DNA of 64,000 nt from Octopus sinensis (GCF_006345805.1 NC_043004.1:15996001-16060000); one strand, 5' to 3'. Counted from the first letter of the stretch, positions 1 to 12,679 are shown. Notes: generated from the sequence alone by a model not told the origin. Made by a program: numbers and translations.

Positions 1-370
1 AGGTGGTATTGAGAGATGTTATTCGGTAATTCTTTGGATTTCTTGTCATCAGGTTTTGGGAGAAAATTTGTTGTTCCTTCGTGGTGCTAGTATCGACTTC
101 TCGCGTATGTTGTCTGAAGATATCGTACATTTAAGAAAGAAACAACATCTTGTATGACAAAAGTGTTTTTACTTCCTCTGCTTTAACAGAACTTTTCCCA
201 CAATTGTATTGCGAAGTTTTCCTTCCATCGCACTGATGCTATTGTATTGAGTTTGCTTTGCGAAGAGGACTTCTTAATGTACGTCGATGTTGTTCTTTAT
301 TAGCTCCTCTGCTTTAACAGAAATTTTCCCACAGTTTTATTGCGAAGACTTCGTTCCATCGTACCGACGT
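1..370 (-). mobile_element. R4/Dong-like non-LTR retrotransposon RT fragment (frameshifted)
   Basis: Minus-strand frames give ...EGTTNFLPK and (T)RNPKNYRITSLNTT, matching the EGxTxLIPK...PKNYRPITCL region of RLE-clade RTs; runs off the window start. Confidence 0.65.
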
Positions 371-454
371 TATTGGACTGATTTTGTTTTGTGGAGAGAG
401 CTTCTTAGAGTACGTCCATTCTTCCGCTTCTTCTTCATCTGCTGTTGCTTGTAG

Positions 455-557
455 TTGTTGTTGTTGTTGCTGTTGTTCTTCTTCTTCTTCTTCTTCTTCT
501 TCTTCTTCTTCTTCTTCTTCTTCTTCTTCTTCTTCTTCTTCTTCTTCTTCTTCTTCT
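455..557. repeat. (TTG)n/(TTC)n microsatellite
   Basis: Short GTT run followed by about 26 TTC units; explains ORFs 384-566, 435-710, 445-729. Confidence 0.95.
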
Positions 558-1591
558 ACACAATAAAATGTATGTCACCACCAAAATAAACATTGCAATG
601 ACTAATGAAAGGGTACCTTTCGTAGCAAACGATGGAATCGATCTAGAATTATATTCATTTTCATTCTTCAAAAGTGTTCCTAATCTCCACACCATTATCA
701 TTTCAATCAACCCCTATCAACTTGTTTAAAATAAGTATCATTCTTTCCCGTCGCCGTTTTCCTATTAGTGTTGAAGTTTAGTAATACTGATATCAATAAT
801 ATCGAAATATATATGAAGTGCATCTCTTTGATTTACATTGTATATTAATAGACATGAATTCTATTTCTGTGTCAATAAAACAATAAAATACTTCAGTCTT
901 AATTGACTTCTCTACAGACAAGCACTTATGAAGATTATTAAAACTGGTAGTACACCGAATTTACATAATACAGTTTTCTTTAATACAGTCTTATGTTTCT
1001 CCAGCCACCATCACTCCACATTACTAATTTTATCACAATAAGTTGATTTATATAATTTTACACTTCTTGATACGTATCTCCTTACTTATATCCTGAACAC
1101 GTTATGTCGGATGAAAAATGGTATTACATTCGTTTCATGTAGCTGATATGTATTGCTTAAATTTGGCACAAGAATAAAAGCCTAAACCTATACACAGATC
1201 CTTATGTATTAGTATGATTTATTGACTATTCATAGTTCTCATTATTTCCAACTTGCTGAACTACATTTCATACGTACAGCCGTTGCTATATAACTTGCAT
1301 TATCTTGTATTCTCTAAATTCTATCAGAGACATCACACTATTTCCTAATATTGTTTTCTGTTTATATGCTCATACAACTCCTCTTGCGTTATTCACAACT
1401 CAATGAAGGTGTTATACATGCCTGCATCTTCTACCTTCATTGTATTACTTATATAGTATATTTTAACTCTAATTATATATTCTTACGTAACCAAGACATT
1501 CTATTATCCATGTAAGAAGCTTCACCTGAAACATGAATCAAATATATCGAGCATCAATATACTAGCAACTTGCAAGAAACACAGACGGCAT

Positions 1592-1667
1592 TGCAACCTC
1601 ATTAGAGCGAGGAACTAACATCTCTATTATCTTGCGTGGGTATTAGCTGAAACTAATTGTAGTTGCA
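1592..1667 (+). ncRNA. Decayed type I hammerhead-like motif
   Basis: TGCAAC-CTCATTA-G-AGC...GCT-GAAAC-TAATT-GTA-GTTGCA: 6-bp stem I, core two substitutions from CTGATGA. Confidence 0.45.
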
Positions 1668-1782
1668 TTCTTTTAAATAATTTCAAGAGACGAACAGAAG
1701 GACATTAAATATTGTACGTAAATTATTTGGACAATGCGTTGATAACGGCAATCATTCTTAATCATTCTTATAAAGAAATATT

Positions 1783-1996
1783 GCTTTCAAATTTTGGCAC
1801 AAGGCCAGCAATTTCGGGAAAGAACGATTCGAGTACATCGGCTTTAGTACTGAACTGATACTTATTTTATCGACCCCACGAAGATTATAGACAAAGTCGA
1901 CCTCGAAGGGATTTGAATCCAGAACGTTAAGACGGACGAAATGACTCAGATCATTTTGTCCGGTGTGCTAACGAATCTGCCAGCGCGGCGCCTTAA
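1783..1996 (-). mobile_element. SINE family A copy (tail type 2)
   Basis: Reverse complement matches ggcg..gctggcaga..cgttagcac..ttctg..ttcaaat..gaggtcgacttt consensus shared by many copies here. Confidence 0.85.
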
Positions 1997-2340
1997 TGTA
2001 TAAAAAGAAAATAGAAAGCTACCTATATCAGATATTGCACAATTCGTACAAGATTCACATACACGTGATTCTAACAAAAATACTGACAATAATTTCATGA
2101 ATAACAGTATGTGATAATATTTAGAATTTTTCAGAGCGAATTGAGACAATAAAAAGCAATTACTAAGATAATGGTGAGTAAATTGTTTCTCCATATAAAA
2201 CTACGTAGACAGAATAGACGTCGTTGCAGTGATTCTGCTGATTGCACGGAATACTTACAAAACAATCGTGGAAATACGGTTACTAGAACACATTTAACAC
2301 AAAACCATGGAGATTCCTGTTAGTCTATATAGTATCATAT

Positions 2341-2385
2341 AGACATACACACACCACACACACACACACACACTCACCCCCCCCC

Positions 2386-2442
<57 letters not shown>

Positions 2443-2461
2443 TATATATATACTATATATA
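2341..2461. repeat. (CA)n/(TA)n microsatellite
   Basis: Visible dinucleotide arrays. Confidence 0.95.
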
Positions 2462-2464
2462 GGA

Positions 2465-3905
2465 AGAATTCACAAAAAACACGAAGACAGGTGGTGCACA
2501 CAAAAAACAGATGTATTAGTTTAACGCTCGGGAAGTGAGGAAGTCTTTAACGTTTCGTGCCTATGCTCTTCCACAGAACGGAACACAGAAAGAAACAAGG
2601 AAAGAAAATAAAGAATGTGTAGCGATCGATGATGACGAATACCGGACAGAGGGGTCACACAGGAGATCTAGGAAGAAGGGGAGATAATAAAGTAGTTGTG
2701 ATCCCCAAACATAGGTGCGCGTGGGTATGTATAAGAGAGTATGTATGTGCGTGTGGGATAGGGTTGGTTACCTTGACGTGTGTGTGTGTGTGTATGTGTC
2801 GGAGTGTGTGCTGTGATGGTATTGCGAGGTGGGGGAGGCGTGAGTGGGGAAATCAAGGGTGGCTGTAGTTTAGGCTGAGGGTGGGTGTAGAGGGGGCGTA
2901 TGTGTGTAGGCTGAGGGTGGGGTAGAAGTGGGGCATGTCGGAGTGGGTGTAAGGGATGGGGTAGGATTGTGTAGGGGTCGGGTTACGAGGGAAGGGGGAC
3001 GATGAAGGGGAAAGGGAGAATGTGGGTAAGATTGAAGAGAAGAGAAGAGAAGAGAGGAGTATAGGTGTGAAGAGATGAAGTAGGAGTCGGAGCAAGAGAG
3101 GAGAGGTGGGTGGAAAGAAGTAGGTGTAGGGTGAGAAAAGAGGAGGTTAGATGAAGAAGGGAGGAGAGTTGAGGCCATATGTCGCAAACGTGCGAAGAGA
3201 GAAGAATAATCCCTGTTCATGGCGCAAACGGGAGTCCGGATGACCCTGTGCAAGGACAATCCAAACACAGAGTAACTGGTAGAGTGGAAATGGCGCAAGG
3301 CAGGGGTGTTTCGGAGTTGTTCTGCGAACCGGTCTGAGAAGTGGCGTCCCGTTTGCTCGATGTATAGAGAAGGGAAGAGATAACAGTAGATGTAGTAGAT
3401 GACATCGGTAGAGGTACAGGTGAAGAGGTCAGTGATGTGATAAGGCCGATAATGGGTGCCGGTGAGGAGCGTGGTGTTGGAGAGGTAAGGGCAAGTGCGG
3501 CAGCGTGGGCGGGAATAGGGGAACGATCCGGGTTGGGAGGATAGATTAGGGAAAAAGCTGTGGATCAAGGTGTCTAGTAGGTCGTGGGCTCGTTTGAAGG
3601 ATGAGATGGGGTAAGTTAGCGATGATGTGCGAAGTGGAGTGGTCGGACTGGAGTCGCCGGAAGTCTCGGAGAATGGTGCGTTGGAGAGGTAGGAGATGAT
3701 GTGGTAGATGAAGGGAAAAGAGAGACAGGAGACGGCGGGGCGGGTGCGGGGGAGAGAGCAGACGCACGGTCCCAGGAACGTGTCTGGTAAGGGTGGTGTG
3801 GATAGTGATGAGGAGATATCTACGTAGGATGAAGTGGCCAGACATGAATTGAAACTGAGGCTGAAAGTCATGGTCGTCACAACAGAGCCTGCTTAGACGG
3901 AGGAA
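2465..3905 (-). mobile_element. Penelope-like element 3' part: RT C-terminal linker, GIY-YIG endonuclease, pLTR
   Basis: ORF 2870-3880 contains CRTCPYL...FTCTSTDVIYYIYC...YIEQTGR...RFAEQ; overlapping frame gives LQRTILRDFRRLQSD/ISSFKRAHDLLDTLIHS typical of the PLE RT-EN linker; frameshifted; pLTR homologous to 53530-53790. Confidence 0.85.
2545..2580 (-). ncRNA. Minimal hammerhead-like motif, variant core, in PLE pLTR
   Basis: CGTT-CTGTGGA-A-GAGC ATAG GCAC-GAAAC GT T-AAAG; ACGT palindrome in place of stem III. Confidence 0.55.
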
Positions 3906-3919
3906 ATGGGAATCAGGAT

Positions 3920-3994
3920 ATATACATAGATATATATACACGCACACACACAAACATATATAAATATATATACATATATATTATATATATATAC

Positions 3995-4058
<64 letters not shown>

Positions 4059-4175
4059 ATATATACCCATATACATATATAAGCATATATATATATATAT
4101 ATATGAGCATATATATATATATATATGTATGTATATATATATATACATATATGGATATGCATATAAATATGTGCA

Positions 4176-4250
<75 letters not shown>

Positions 4251-4290
4251 GTATATGTATATATGTATGTATTCATATACACATATATCA
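3920..4290. repeat. Complex (TA)n microsatellite
   Basis: Long TA array with CA/TG interruptions; source of the YI-repeat ORFs. Confidence 0.95.
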
Positions 4291-4559
4291 GTAAAAGATA
4301 GTTCTAGCGAAAATATGGGGGGAAATTATTTATACTTCAAACAACAGCGTTGAAAGCAGACATATTTCTACTTTTCCGTGGAAGAAGTTGTAAGGTGCTG
4401 AAAGCATTCATTCTATGCATTACTGCTCTTTTGTGAATACATTTCAACCTCTGAAACGTGTTACACAGATAGCACATGCCACTTTAATATAGTTTAATTG
4501 AATGACAGTAAGAGTGAATACGACGATCACATATTACCATAGAAGGCAAGTGCATATTA

Positions 4560-4605
<46 letters not shown>

Positions 4606-4732
4606 TTATGGAATTGAGTATTATGAAGCAGCTAGATTTCTGATTCCTTAATGAGTGAGTCTTGCAATGGCAAAGGAATCTTCGATGGACAAAATTATCT
4701 GACCGAAAATATCCGAGGCATATATATATATG

Positions 4733-4781
<49 letters not shown>

Positions 4782-4982
4782 ATAAGAGTATTTTGAAAGA
4801 TAACATTAATTTATTAATATACTCTTAATTTAGATTTGCCTACAAATATTTTAAGAGGAATCAGTATCCTCGCAATAGTACGCACACACACACATATACA
4901 CATATATACATATACACCCTCATAGAAATACAAATGTATGAGTATATAAATGCATTAAGGAATATGTACGCATATATAAATT

Positions 4983-5014
<32 letters not shown>

Positions 5015-5329
5015 CCCATATACATATATAAGCATATATATATATATGCGTATATATATATATATATATACATACACATATTTATGTATACACGTACCTA
5101 AGTACATACATACACACACGCAGCCATATACATATATGCATGCATAAACATATAAATACATAAATGAGAAACAATATTACCTTACAAATTATTTACGCTT
5201 CGCGAAATTATCTCATTAACAATTAAAATATCCGTTATATAAGGAAAACCTTTGAGTTGAATAATATGCGAGCTTTGTAAGATTATCTTACAGAAATTTT
5301 ATCTGATTACACCGGAAAAAGCAGACTGA

Positions 5330-6600
5330 TATGATATGAACGTCCATCTTTCTTGAAATCCCGTATGTTTTGTAACCAATGCATTTTCAGAGGATCCGAT
5401 GGTGCTGAGAATGCACCATCACACATCCCTGGGTTTCTTGTACTTGAAACAGTTGTAAGCTAATGAAGTTGACTACATTGTTCCTGGTTTGTTGTCGTTT
5501 ATTTAAGTTCATCTTATGCTCCGTATTCGAATATCATTTAATTTTGAATTATTTCTATATTCTTTTTTAACTCCAGGTTATTAGAATCGCCTTGCCTGAA
5601 CCCTTTAACAAATGTCAGTTCTAGACTTGATACCTTTGACTAAACTTCTTTGAAGTGGTGCTCCAGCATGATCAGCGTCTAATATACATATATATCAGTT
5701 GCATATATATTTCCTATTATATAATGAATAACTTCCTCTTTGTTCTAACATATAGAAGTTCTAACTGTTATGTATTTACTTTTTCAGGTAACGCAGATGT
5801 CGTAGAGTGTTTTCTAATTGCGTTTGGTTTTCATGGTTACCATTGGGAGAGCTTGCAATTAAGAGTTTTACTTCCATTGTCTTCAGAACAAAGGTTTTGC
5901 AGTCATACTCATCCTGCCGCTTTTCACGTCAGTAACCGTTGTTTTAAATATATAAACTTGTCTTAGAGTTTGAATCTGTAACATGCTCTGTTACATCTTT
6001 TAGCAGGCTCTTTATCCATGTTAAGCACATGTAGGAAACAGTGTCCCAAGCAGTGGGGTCTTGCTTGGGATACTGTGCAGTACATCACAGTGTGTTTTTG
6101 TTCCTCGTTTTCAGATATGCCTTTTGCGATCTTACTGTTGATGATGTTGGACTCTATAAAGAATCATAACTGTCTCAGATCCCTTATCTAGATATATCAC
6201 AGCAATACATGTATTTTAGTGTATGAGCCTCTTAGCAGCTTTATAAATATCTTATCCTCTTACATTTTCAAATGATCAACAATTTCCTATACTTCTCCAT
6301 TCTATATCAAAGTTTGTGCATTTGACCTGTAATAGTGGATGTAACATTAACTAATTGTGTTGCTCTTATTTTCATTCTGACAGAACGTAGAAAGCTGGTT
6401 GTAATATCGTTGATTGAACTTGCCTTCGCCATACATTTTGCCATTTTCATCATTTCTTGAGTTAGAACAAATGGAATCGTTTTCGAATTTCTCTACTTTC
6501 TGTGCATTGCTGCTATATGCATTTGGCGTGTGGTCGGCTTTCTTAAGATGATCGGAACCTCGGTGATATTCCTTTCTGTTCATCTTGTAAGATTGTTTCA
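5330..6600 (-). mobile_element. Highly decayed Penelope-like RT N-terminal remnant
   Basis: Broken frames give AAKRL...YLDKGSETVMIL (cf. PADKG..VI), KEEVIHYIIGNIY and QGCDGAFSAPSD (cf. Q.DG..MG.PLS); interrupted by a SINE B 3' fragment near 5600-5690. Confidence 0.45.
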
Positions 6601-6776
6601 ATGCTCGTTATGGTCCTACATTGGAATAAGCAATTATCTATGTCGAAGACTTACCTCCATGTTTCTATTAATTTAAAAGCAGCCATCCTACTTATAATTC
6701 ATCTCAGATTATGTGTACTCGAGTACGTTTGCATGTACGCACTTGTGTATACAAATTAATTCGTATTATGCAACTA

Positions 6777-6998
6777 AGGCGGCGAGCTTGCAGAGACGTT
6801 AGCACGGCAGGCGAAATACTAAACAGCATTTCATCTGTCTTTATGTTCTGAGTTCAAATTCCGCCGAGGTCGACTTTGCCTTTCATACATTCAGGGTCGA
6901 TAAATTGAGTACCAGTTACGCACTGGAGTCAACTTAATCCCTTTGTCTGTCCTTTTTTGTCCTCTCTATGTTTAGCCCCTTGTGAGCAATAGAAAAAT
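6777..6998 (+). mobile_element. SINE family A copy (tail type 1)
   Basis: aggcggcgagcttgcagagacgttagcacg...ttctgagttcaaattccgccgaggtcgactttgcc...tttagccccttgtgagcaatagaaaaataa. Confidence 0.9.
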
Positions 6999-7275
6999 AA
7001 CAAATTAATTCTTATTTATGCAATAATAGGTTTTAATATTTATTTGTATTTGTGAGTGTGATATTTAGAAAAGGTTTAAACACAAGATTATGAAGCACAT
7101 GATGTTACAATCCTTCACGGTAAAATAGCAACTCATATGTACAGTTAGCTTATAGATAATTTCTCATATCAAAATCAAAATATTGTTCTTTAAAAAAATA
7201 TCAAATATAAGTGGCGGCTTTCTGAGCACAGTATGAGATTCTCTGATTATCATATTCTTAATGATAATGATTTCT

Positions 7276-7529
7276 CTTTTACTCTTTTACGTTTACTTGT
7301 TTCAGCTATTTGACTGTGGCCATGCTGGAGCACCGCCTTTAGTCGAGGAAATCGACCCCAGGGCTTATTCTTTGTACGCCTAGTATTTATTCTATCTGCC
7401 TCTTTTGCCGAACCGCTAAGTTGCGGGGACGTAAACACACCAGCATCGGTTGTCAAGCGATGTTGGGGGACAAACACAGACACACAAATATACGCACACA
7501 CTAGCACACACTTACACACATACACACAC

Positions 7530-7585
<56 letters not shown>

Positions 7586-7737
7586 GGAAAAACAGGTCAA
7601 GATAGAAAATACTAAAATGATTTTATAAAGTATTTTATAAAGAACATTTCAGTTCATAAAATTATTTTAGCATTTTCAATCTTGACTTGTTTTTCCATAT
7701 ATATATCAACTCGCGTGTTCCTTTACATCCTTATACA

Positions 7738-7789
<52 letters not shown>

Positions 7790-7958
7790 CATATATACGA
7801 CGGGCTTCATTCAGTTTCTGTCAACCAAATCCACTCACAAGGCTTTGGTCGGCCTGAGGCTATAGTAGAAGACACTTGCCCAAGGTGCCACGCAGTGGGA
7901 CTGTGAACCCGGAACAATGTGGTTCGTAAGCAAGCTACTTAACACACACCCACTCCTG
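7276..7958 (-). mobile_element. SINE family B copy, interrupted in its central microsatellite
   Basis: Matches family B head (ggagtgg..gtggtaag..cttgc..accaaccac..gttccgggttc) and tail (gactaaaggcggtgctccagcatggcc); insertion at 7582-7735. Confidence 0.9.
7582..7735 (+). mobile_element. Short PLE pLTR fragment with 5' inverted segment
   Basis: tatatatggaaaaacaggtcaagatagaaaatactaaaatg...ttagcattttcaatcttgacttgtttttccatatatata; same family as 38385-38620 and 40283-40630. Confidence 0.75.
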
Positions 7959-8751
7959 TTAATTTTTGATGGAAACTTCTGTTCCAGCAGCTCTACAATC
8001 GAATATACTCTAGTTCTGATCACTTCGTCAATTTATTTATATATTGCATACTTCGTTATACAAAGTCTACTTAATATTTTAGTAAAAGCAGGTTGTGTTA
8101 AGAGGTTACTATTTCTGGAGTTTTCATGGAAATCGCAAAAGCTTTCTCCTTGTAAATTAACTGGCATCCAAACCGGCACACCTAATTTTTATTTAATTCT
8201 TTATGACGACACATTATGAATAGGAAAATTGTCTCATACATATGCAATACAATACAGCAACAATTGAAGTTCAGTATAAAAGGAATGTGATGTTCTTTCA
8301 TAAATTATGTGTTACTTGATTTCTGATATTGATTTTTCTTTTGAAATAAATTTCATATTCAGAACAAAAGTTTGCTTTAATGACGTCGGTGCGATTTCAA
8401 ATGCCACATGATGTATTAAAGAATAGCAATTGGCCATTTAAAACAAAATTGAAGCAAGTTTCTTGCGAACAATCAGCATCGTCTTATATTATAGCTGTTG
8501 TTCGATCAACGTATAATTCTAAAATCAAAAACGACAATTATGTGAGAAATGCTGACTTTCAGATCAATTAAAATAGAGACGTAAGAATATTTTGAAACGG
8601 ATCTGATATTTCCCGGGTCCCTAATAACGCCGTCTTCCACTACGCTCTCTCCCTTTCTCTTTAATTATAAAGAGTTATCATAGCAATAGCAAAAATAACG
8701 CTGCTGCTGCTACTACTACTACTATAACTACTACTACTAGTACTACTACTA

Positions 8752-8790
8752 GATGGCATGGACAGCTCTCTCACTCAATGATAATAATAA
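8752..8790 (+). mobile_element. About 40-bp 3'-terminal fragment of the TAA-flanked element at 49878-50398
   Basis: gatggcatggacagctctctcactcaatgataataataa matches the reverse complement of 49870-49912. Confidence 0.7.
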
Positions 8791-8794
8791 AACT

Positions 8795-10356
8795 GCTTTC
8801 GATTTGGAAAAAACAAAATGGTCAGATAAATTATCTCTTTTTCAGGGATGATATAAATGTTTATGCGAAATATGAGAAACAACCTGAAAGACTTGTATAT
8901 ACTGTCTTCACTTTTTCTCAAATGACGTAGGTTTGTAATTTGTGATAGAAAAGTGCACTATGCTGAAAATAAAACGAGGAAGATTTGAAAGAAGCCAGGG
9001 AACTGAAATGACAAATGGGTAGACAATGATAGCGGTGCTATAAGTAATTGGGAAATCTAGAAGCAGACGAGATAGGAAAAATGAAACGAATTACCAGTAG
9101 AGAGTACACAAGAAGAGTCAGGAAATTATTACCGTCAAAGCTGGATTTTAAAAAAAATATTGAAGTAATACCTTTAATCATATATATGTAGATTTGAAAT
9201 TATAGACTGGACCAAAAACAATATAAAGTAAGTTAACACGAAATCTAGGAAGTTGTTGACGATGTATGGAGCTCACCATCCGAACGCTGATATCAAACAC
9301 CTGTACTTGAGGAGATACCAGGGTGGAAGATACTTGACAGCAGTAAGAAAATGTATACAGACTGACAGAAAAATATCTTGAAGAGTATTTACAGAGCAGC
9401 ACAGAAAAACTACTAAAGGCATATAACAAAGAACATGTGATGGAGCGCGTAATAGGAGAGGAGGTTAAGAATGAAATACAAAGGGAGCGCGTCAGACAGA
9501 TCGAAGTGAAACCTCTGCATGGCTAATGTTGAAGTGTCCATAACGACATATGTGGAACAAAATCCTGAGCTTGGTTTAAAAAGGGGACAGTGAAAAAACA
9601 AACAGAGAGTATAATTGTAGCAGCCCAATATTAAGCGATAAAAACAACTTGGGAAAAATTTACATGGAGAGAATGCGTTAGAAAAATGTAGTACTTATGA
9701 AACTTGGAAGGAGACAGTGGCACACATTGTGGAAGAATTCGCCAAGTTGGTGCAGAAAGACTAAAAAAATACGGAGGCATGAACAGATTGGAAACGTTAT
9801 ACACTGGAAACTGTGACAGAAATGGAAATTTGAAGCTGGAAAGACACGGTGCACACATCGAGTCAGAAGAGAACTGAAGTCGGACAAACTGTGAATTTGT
9901 GTGACTTTCCTATTCAAACGGACAAGAAATTAGAAAATATTAGACCAGACATAACGAATGTAGATAAGGGAAAGTGAAGTTCCTTACTGATCGACCCAAC
10001 ACGGCCATTTGATTCTAAGATCGTAAAGAAAGAGAAGAGAAACGTAAAAAATACAATCCCTTAAAGTTTGAAATAGGAAAAATTTGGAGCATTAGAACAG
10101 TAAAGGCCATGACTATAATAATTGGTGTGTTGGGAACAGTAAGCCAAGATATAGACAAATGGCTGATGGAGATTGAAAAAGAATGCCTCATAGAGCGCCT
10201 ACATAAATTTTGTCAATGAGGGACTGAAAGGATTATTAAGAGGGCTCTAAGTACTTGAAAGACTGATGAAAACTTGTGGACACCTAAGGTTTCAGGTAGT
10301 GACCATCCAAGCGCATAATTTGTACTAGTAATAAGACCGGACCTGAGCCAAACCAC
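8795..10356 (+). mobile_element. R4/Dong-like LINE remnant (RT 3' half, zinc knuckle, RLE)
   Basis: INYLFFRDDINVYAK (cf. HLLYMDDLKLYAK), EKCTMLKIKRG, KC...KETVAHIV, IRPDI, IIGVLGTV; many stops; ends at (ATG)n 10357-10381. Confidence 0.8.
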
Positions 10357-10449
10357 AATGATGATGATGATGATGATGATTATAAAGTACGTTGTTATGG
10401 TAATAAGTGAAACTGTGAAGATTTAAAGAGAGTCCGGTGATTGAAATAC

Positions 10450-11630
10450 CGAATGGTGAATCAATGAAATCAATTGAGAAAGGATAGTGGCATATTATTT
10501 AGGAATACTGGAGACAGATGAAATAAAACATGAAGAGGTGGAACAAAATTCAAGAAGGGAATGTAGAAGGTATCCGGAGGATTAAGTTAATGTTCAATTC
10601 AGGAAATTTTATTTAAGTAATAAATCTAAGAACAGAGTAAGTTATCAGATGTGCAACTGGAATTGTGGACTGGCCATAATACTAATTTCAGAAACTTGAT
10701 AGAAAAACTAGAAAGTTGTTAACTGTTTGGAAAGCAGCATACGAAAACTGTTATAAACAGGCTGCACTTGAAGACAGACAAGGGTGTATGAGGCTTCATT
10801 GGCGCAGAAAATCGTATGCAGATGGAACTAAATTAATCACAAGTACAGAAGAGTTACTAAAGGAAGTGAATAATGAACATTTGATGAAGAATGACTAAGG
10901 TTAGAAAGGACAAGAATGAAATTCAAAGAGATTATGTGAAATAGATTGACGAGAAGCTTTTGAACTGTGGGTTTTGGAAATTCATTGATGGCTTGGTTGA
11001 AAAGGGAGCAACTGAAAGAGGAAACAGAGCTTTATTATAGCTGATCCTTGCCAAGAACTTCAAACGAATAACTTGAGAAAATATGGTGTGTGTAGGCGAG
11101 TATTTCGAAAATATAGAGTATGTGGAATTTAGGATGAACAATGGCACACATAATTGCAGAATGCTGAAAGAAATGGAGACATGGTCAAGTTGTGAAATTT
11201 TTGACAGAAATGGAGGTACAGGCATCGGGTAGAAAGTGTATCAGAGTCGGGACCATGTAAGATTTTGTGTAATTTTCATATTCAGGCGGCAAAGAATATA
11301 GAAAATATAATCGAGATATTACAGCAATAGACAAAGAAAATGGAATTTGCTTACTGATTCATCTATCATGTCCATTTAATTCTAGAACTGTGAAGAAAAA
11401 AGAGGAAGAGTTGAAAAATGAAAACCCCTTGAAATTTGATTTTTTGCAAGGATTTAAAACAGGAAATCTGCAAACGTTGTATTTGTAACGCTTGCTGTAT
11501 TTGGGACTGAGAGTATTGATATAGAAAAAATGGGGATTCCAGTAGAGCTTTTCCAGAAGGTTTGATTCTTAGTAACAGGAATGACTATGGGAAGCATTTG
11601 GAGCATTTTTTGAAATTATGTGGAAATCTA
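10450..11630 (+). mobile_element. Second R4/Dong-like LINE remnant
   Basis: YLGILETDEIKHEEV, KLDRKTRKLLTV, decayed zinc-knuckle/RLE region; more diverged than 8795-10356. Confidence 0.65.
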
Positions 11631-11899
11631 TGTTTACAGTTAGTAACTAGCTAACCACATATACTCTACCAGGAATAAATTCAATCCTGAGTCAAGTGGA
11701 ATAATGAAATAGCAAGAAGACGGAATAGGTGGGGGATGGAGAAGAAGATGAAGAAGAAAAAGAAGGAGGAAGAAAATAGGAACAACAACTACAACAACGA
11801 CAGCAGAAAAAGCAACAACAATGAACAAGAAAACAATGTTTGTAACAATAAATATTTATTCAAATACTGATTTCTGAGGATACTAAGATTCAGTTGGAT

Positions 11900-12430
11900 A
11901 AAAGAAAAAGAAATAGCCCCTGGCTGGATAGACTATAAGAAATGATACACGCCAAGACACGTTACTATTTAAATTTTGAAGTGTGCAAGGTGCCAGAGAT
12001 TGCCTGAAAAGATTCACAACTTTGTAGAAAAACATATGGGAATACGAAGACTTCAACCAATTCGGAAATATGAAAAACTGGAAAGGGATATTACAGGGGT
12101 GGGGCGGTGGCTCACACTATCAATTTGCCTGATAGCCGTGATTTGTTTGACAAGCATACTGAGAAAATGTAGACGGAATGATGATCTTGCCGAGAGATAT
12201 AAGAAAATAATCATTTCATTGAATGCATATAATACATCAAATACTTGGAAAGAATAGGTATGCAGTATTATTTAGGAAATGAGATTGAAAGATTAAATCT
12301 CATAGGGCGAAGAATCTACAAGAGAATTTTATTAGCTGAGTGAAAAAGAACGAAGGATGCTCCTACCTAGTGGAGCTACCTGAAGATAAGGTAATGGAAG
12401 TACAAATCTACAAAGCATAAAAGGTAAGTT
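11900..12430 (+). mobile_element. Third R4/Dong-like RT remnant
   Basis: GWIDYKK*Y (cf. AWIDYKKAYD), KGILQG, LSICLIAVICLTSILRK, NDDL. Confidence 0.6.
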
Positions 12431-12679
12431 TAAGTGATATTATGAGGATGAAGAGAAAGAGGAGATGGAGGAGAAAGAGGAAAAGTGGACGAGGATTGAA
12501 GAAAGAATATCAATGACGTATGAGAATTGTGGAGTTTTACATAGCAAATTAGATGAAGAAGCAATAAATGGAATTCAAATAATGAAATATGAAAACACAG
12601 TTCTTCTGACACAGCAAGACCTCCATTTAAAGCTAGATAAGCAACTGCATTTTTCTAGGCTCAGCCTGAATATAACGGC

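Noticed and set aside
2135-2173. Candidate exon tttttcag|...ATG|gtgagt
   Set aside because: Good splice signals but stops in all three frames; could be non-coding or terminal, with no support from sequence alone.
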